Of a stretch of 15,653 nt of DNA, positions 14,797-15,653 are shown in pieces; the first letter of the stretch is position 1; the number at the start of each line of letters is the position of its first letter. Below the pieces are notes generated by a model. That model saw only the letters and a program-made list of their open reading frames with translations. It made no database searches and had not been told where the DNA came from. Source of the DNA: Chthonomonadales bacterium (GTDB lineage: Bacteria > Armatimonadota > Chthonomonadetes > Chthonomonadales > Chthonomonadaceae); the NCBI GenBank assembly GCA_038217285.1, contig JBBQPO010000142.1:1-15653 (forward strand), read 5' to 3'. A program made the translations under genes and the position numbers.

Positions 14797-15653
14797 CAGG
14801 GGATCTTCTCGACCTGTCCGACTATCGTTTCGGGACTCCGCAAAGGGCGGGGCTCTTGACGGTCGTACCGATCACAGGGCGGCACGTCTCGAACGGCTTC
14901 CTCCCGCCGGGGAAGCGGAGTAGAGGCGGGAAACAGACGGTCGTAGACTCTACCAGCCTTCACAACGATTCGGAGAGCGATTGCCTGCTCGCGCCGCTGC
15001 ATTTTGGGCGTCCGACCGAGCGCAACAGCAGTCGAATCCTGTCTGGAACTGTGCTGGTGCCGAGTGGGAAGCGCCTGGAACTCGGCAAGGATATGGTTTT
15101 CCCCTATCACTTTTCCCGCCGCATTTGCTTCGATCTGTCGCGAAACTACATGCTGCCGCTCGCGTTGCGCGGCCCTGCCTGGCGCGCACGTCTCTCCTCG
15201 GACGTATCCCGTCTGACCCCAGAAATCAACGCTCTGCAAACAGCGCTAAGCCGCCACGATCTCGGTACTCTTTCCACTGCAGTTCAGGCAAAAAATGCGG
15301 AATTAAACACCTATTCTCGCCGGATCGAGCTGCAGACAGGGCAGACGGGCGCACTGTTTTTCATTCAGGATCGGCCTGTCGGCCTGGAGATCGGCCCGTC
15401 GCCTGCCTACTTCGAGGCTATCTGGCAGCCACTCCTCATCGGATGCTATGGGCTGACGGCGTTGCTGCGCCAACATGAATCGGCTTACGCTGCTCCGCCG
15501 CCGGAGCCTTATGCCGTCTCCCGTCTCGCAGATCTGCGCGCCGAGATGTTTCGTGTACGCCATCAACGCCAGGAGGAGTTGGAAGCCGCCCTCGCAGGTT
15601 ATCCGGCAGAGACTTTCGTGATCGAAGAGGGTCAGCAGTGGCAGGATTTTCGT
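14778..15653 (+). CDS. ARPP-1 (DUF6569)-like protein; 3' end lies outside the window
   Basis: Not in the ORF track; translated by hand. GGAGG 7 nt before ATG 14778, 19-nt overlap with the upstream gene, 292 open codons to the edge: MDCRALTGDLLDLSDYRFGTPQRAGLLTVVPITG...APLHFG...MLPLALR...ELQTGQTGALFFIQDRPVGLEIGPSPAYFEAIWQPLLIGCYG. The ORF is secure; the family call is from recalled motifs. Confidence 0.7.
   Translation, partial: MDCRALTGDLLDLSDYRFGTPQRAGLLTVVPITGRHVSNGFLPPGKRSRGGKQTVVDSTSLHNDSESDCLLAPLHFGRPTERNSSRILSGTVLVPSGKRLELGKDMVFPYHFSRRICFDLSRNYMLPLALRGPAWRARLSSDVSRLTPEINALQTALSRHDLGTLSTAVQAKNAELNTYSRRIELQTGQTGALFFIQDRPVGLEIGPSPAYFEAIWQPLLIGCYGLTALLRQHESAYAAPPPEPYAVSRLADLRAEMFRVRHQRQEELEAALAGYPAETFVIEEGQQWQDFR

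Noticed and set aside
14511-15566. Track ORFs at the right end on both strands
   Set aside because: They are shadows of the uninterrupted plus-strand frame starting at ATG 14778, which has a GGAGG SD.

Overview
A GC-rich bacterial chromosomal window. The style of the PEP-CTERM tails, the SARP-ATPase regulator and the LLRA-tailed HEAT protein suggest Armatimonadota (inference only). From left to right it contains: a SARP/BTAD-ATPase regulator cut by the left edge and absent from the ORF track; two PEP-CTERM surface proteins divergent from it, one a 126-bp-repeat NHL propeller; a HEAT-repeat gene and steA on the minus strand; back-to-back promoters; folB, a polysaccharide deacetylase and a GT-C glycosyltransferase; nadA, preceded by a structured leader resembling the NAD+-I riboswitch aptamer; a structured intergenic element; and a tightly packed run of five co-directional genes. 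That run encodes a vWA lipoprotein, a coiled-coil/4TM protein, a YfaP/DUF2135-like membrane protein, a helical (TROVE/ROT-like)-vWA protein and an ARPP-1-like protein that runs off the right edge and is absent from the ORF track. The best leads are this five-gene cluster and the nadA leader. All family calls come from motif recognition by eye; no searches were run.
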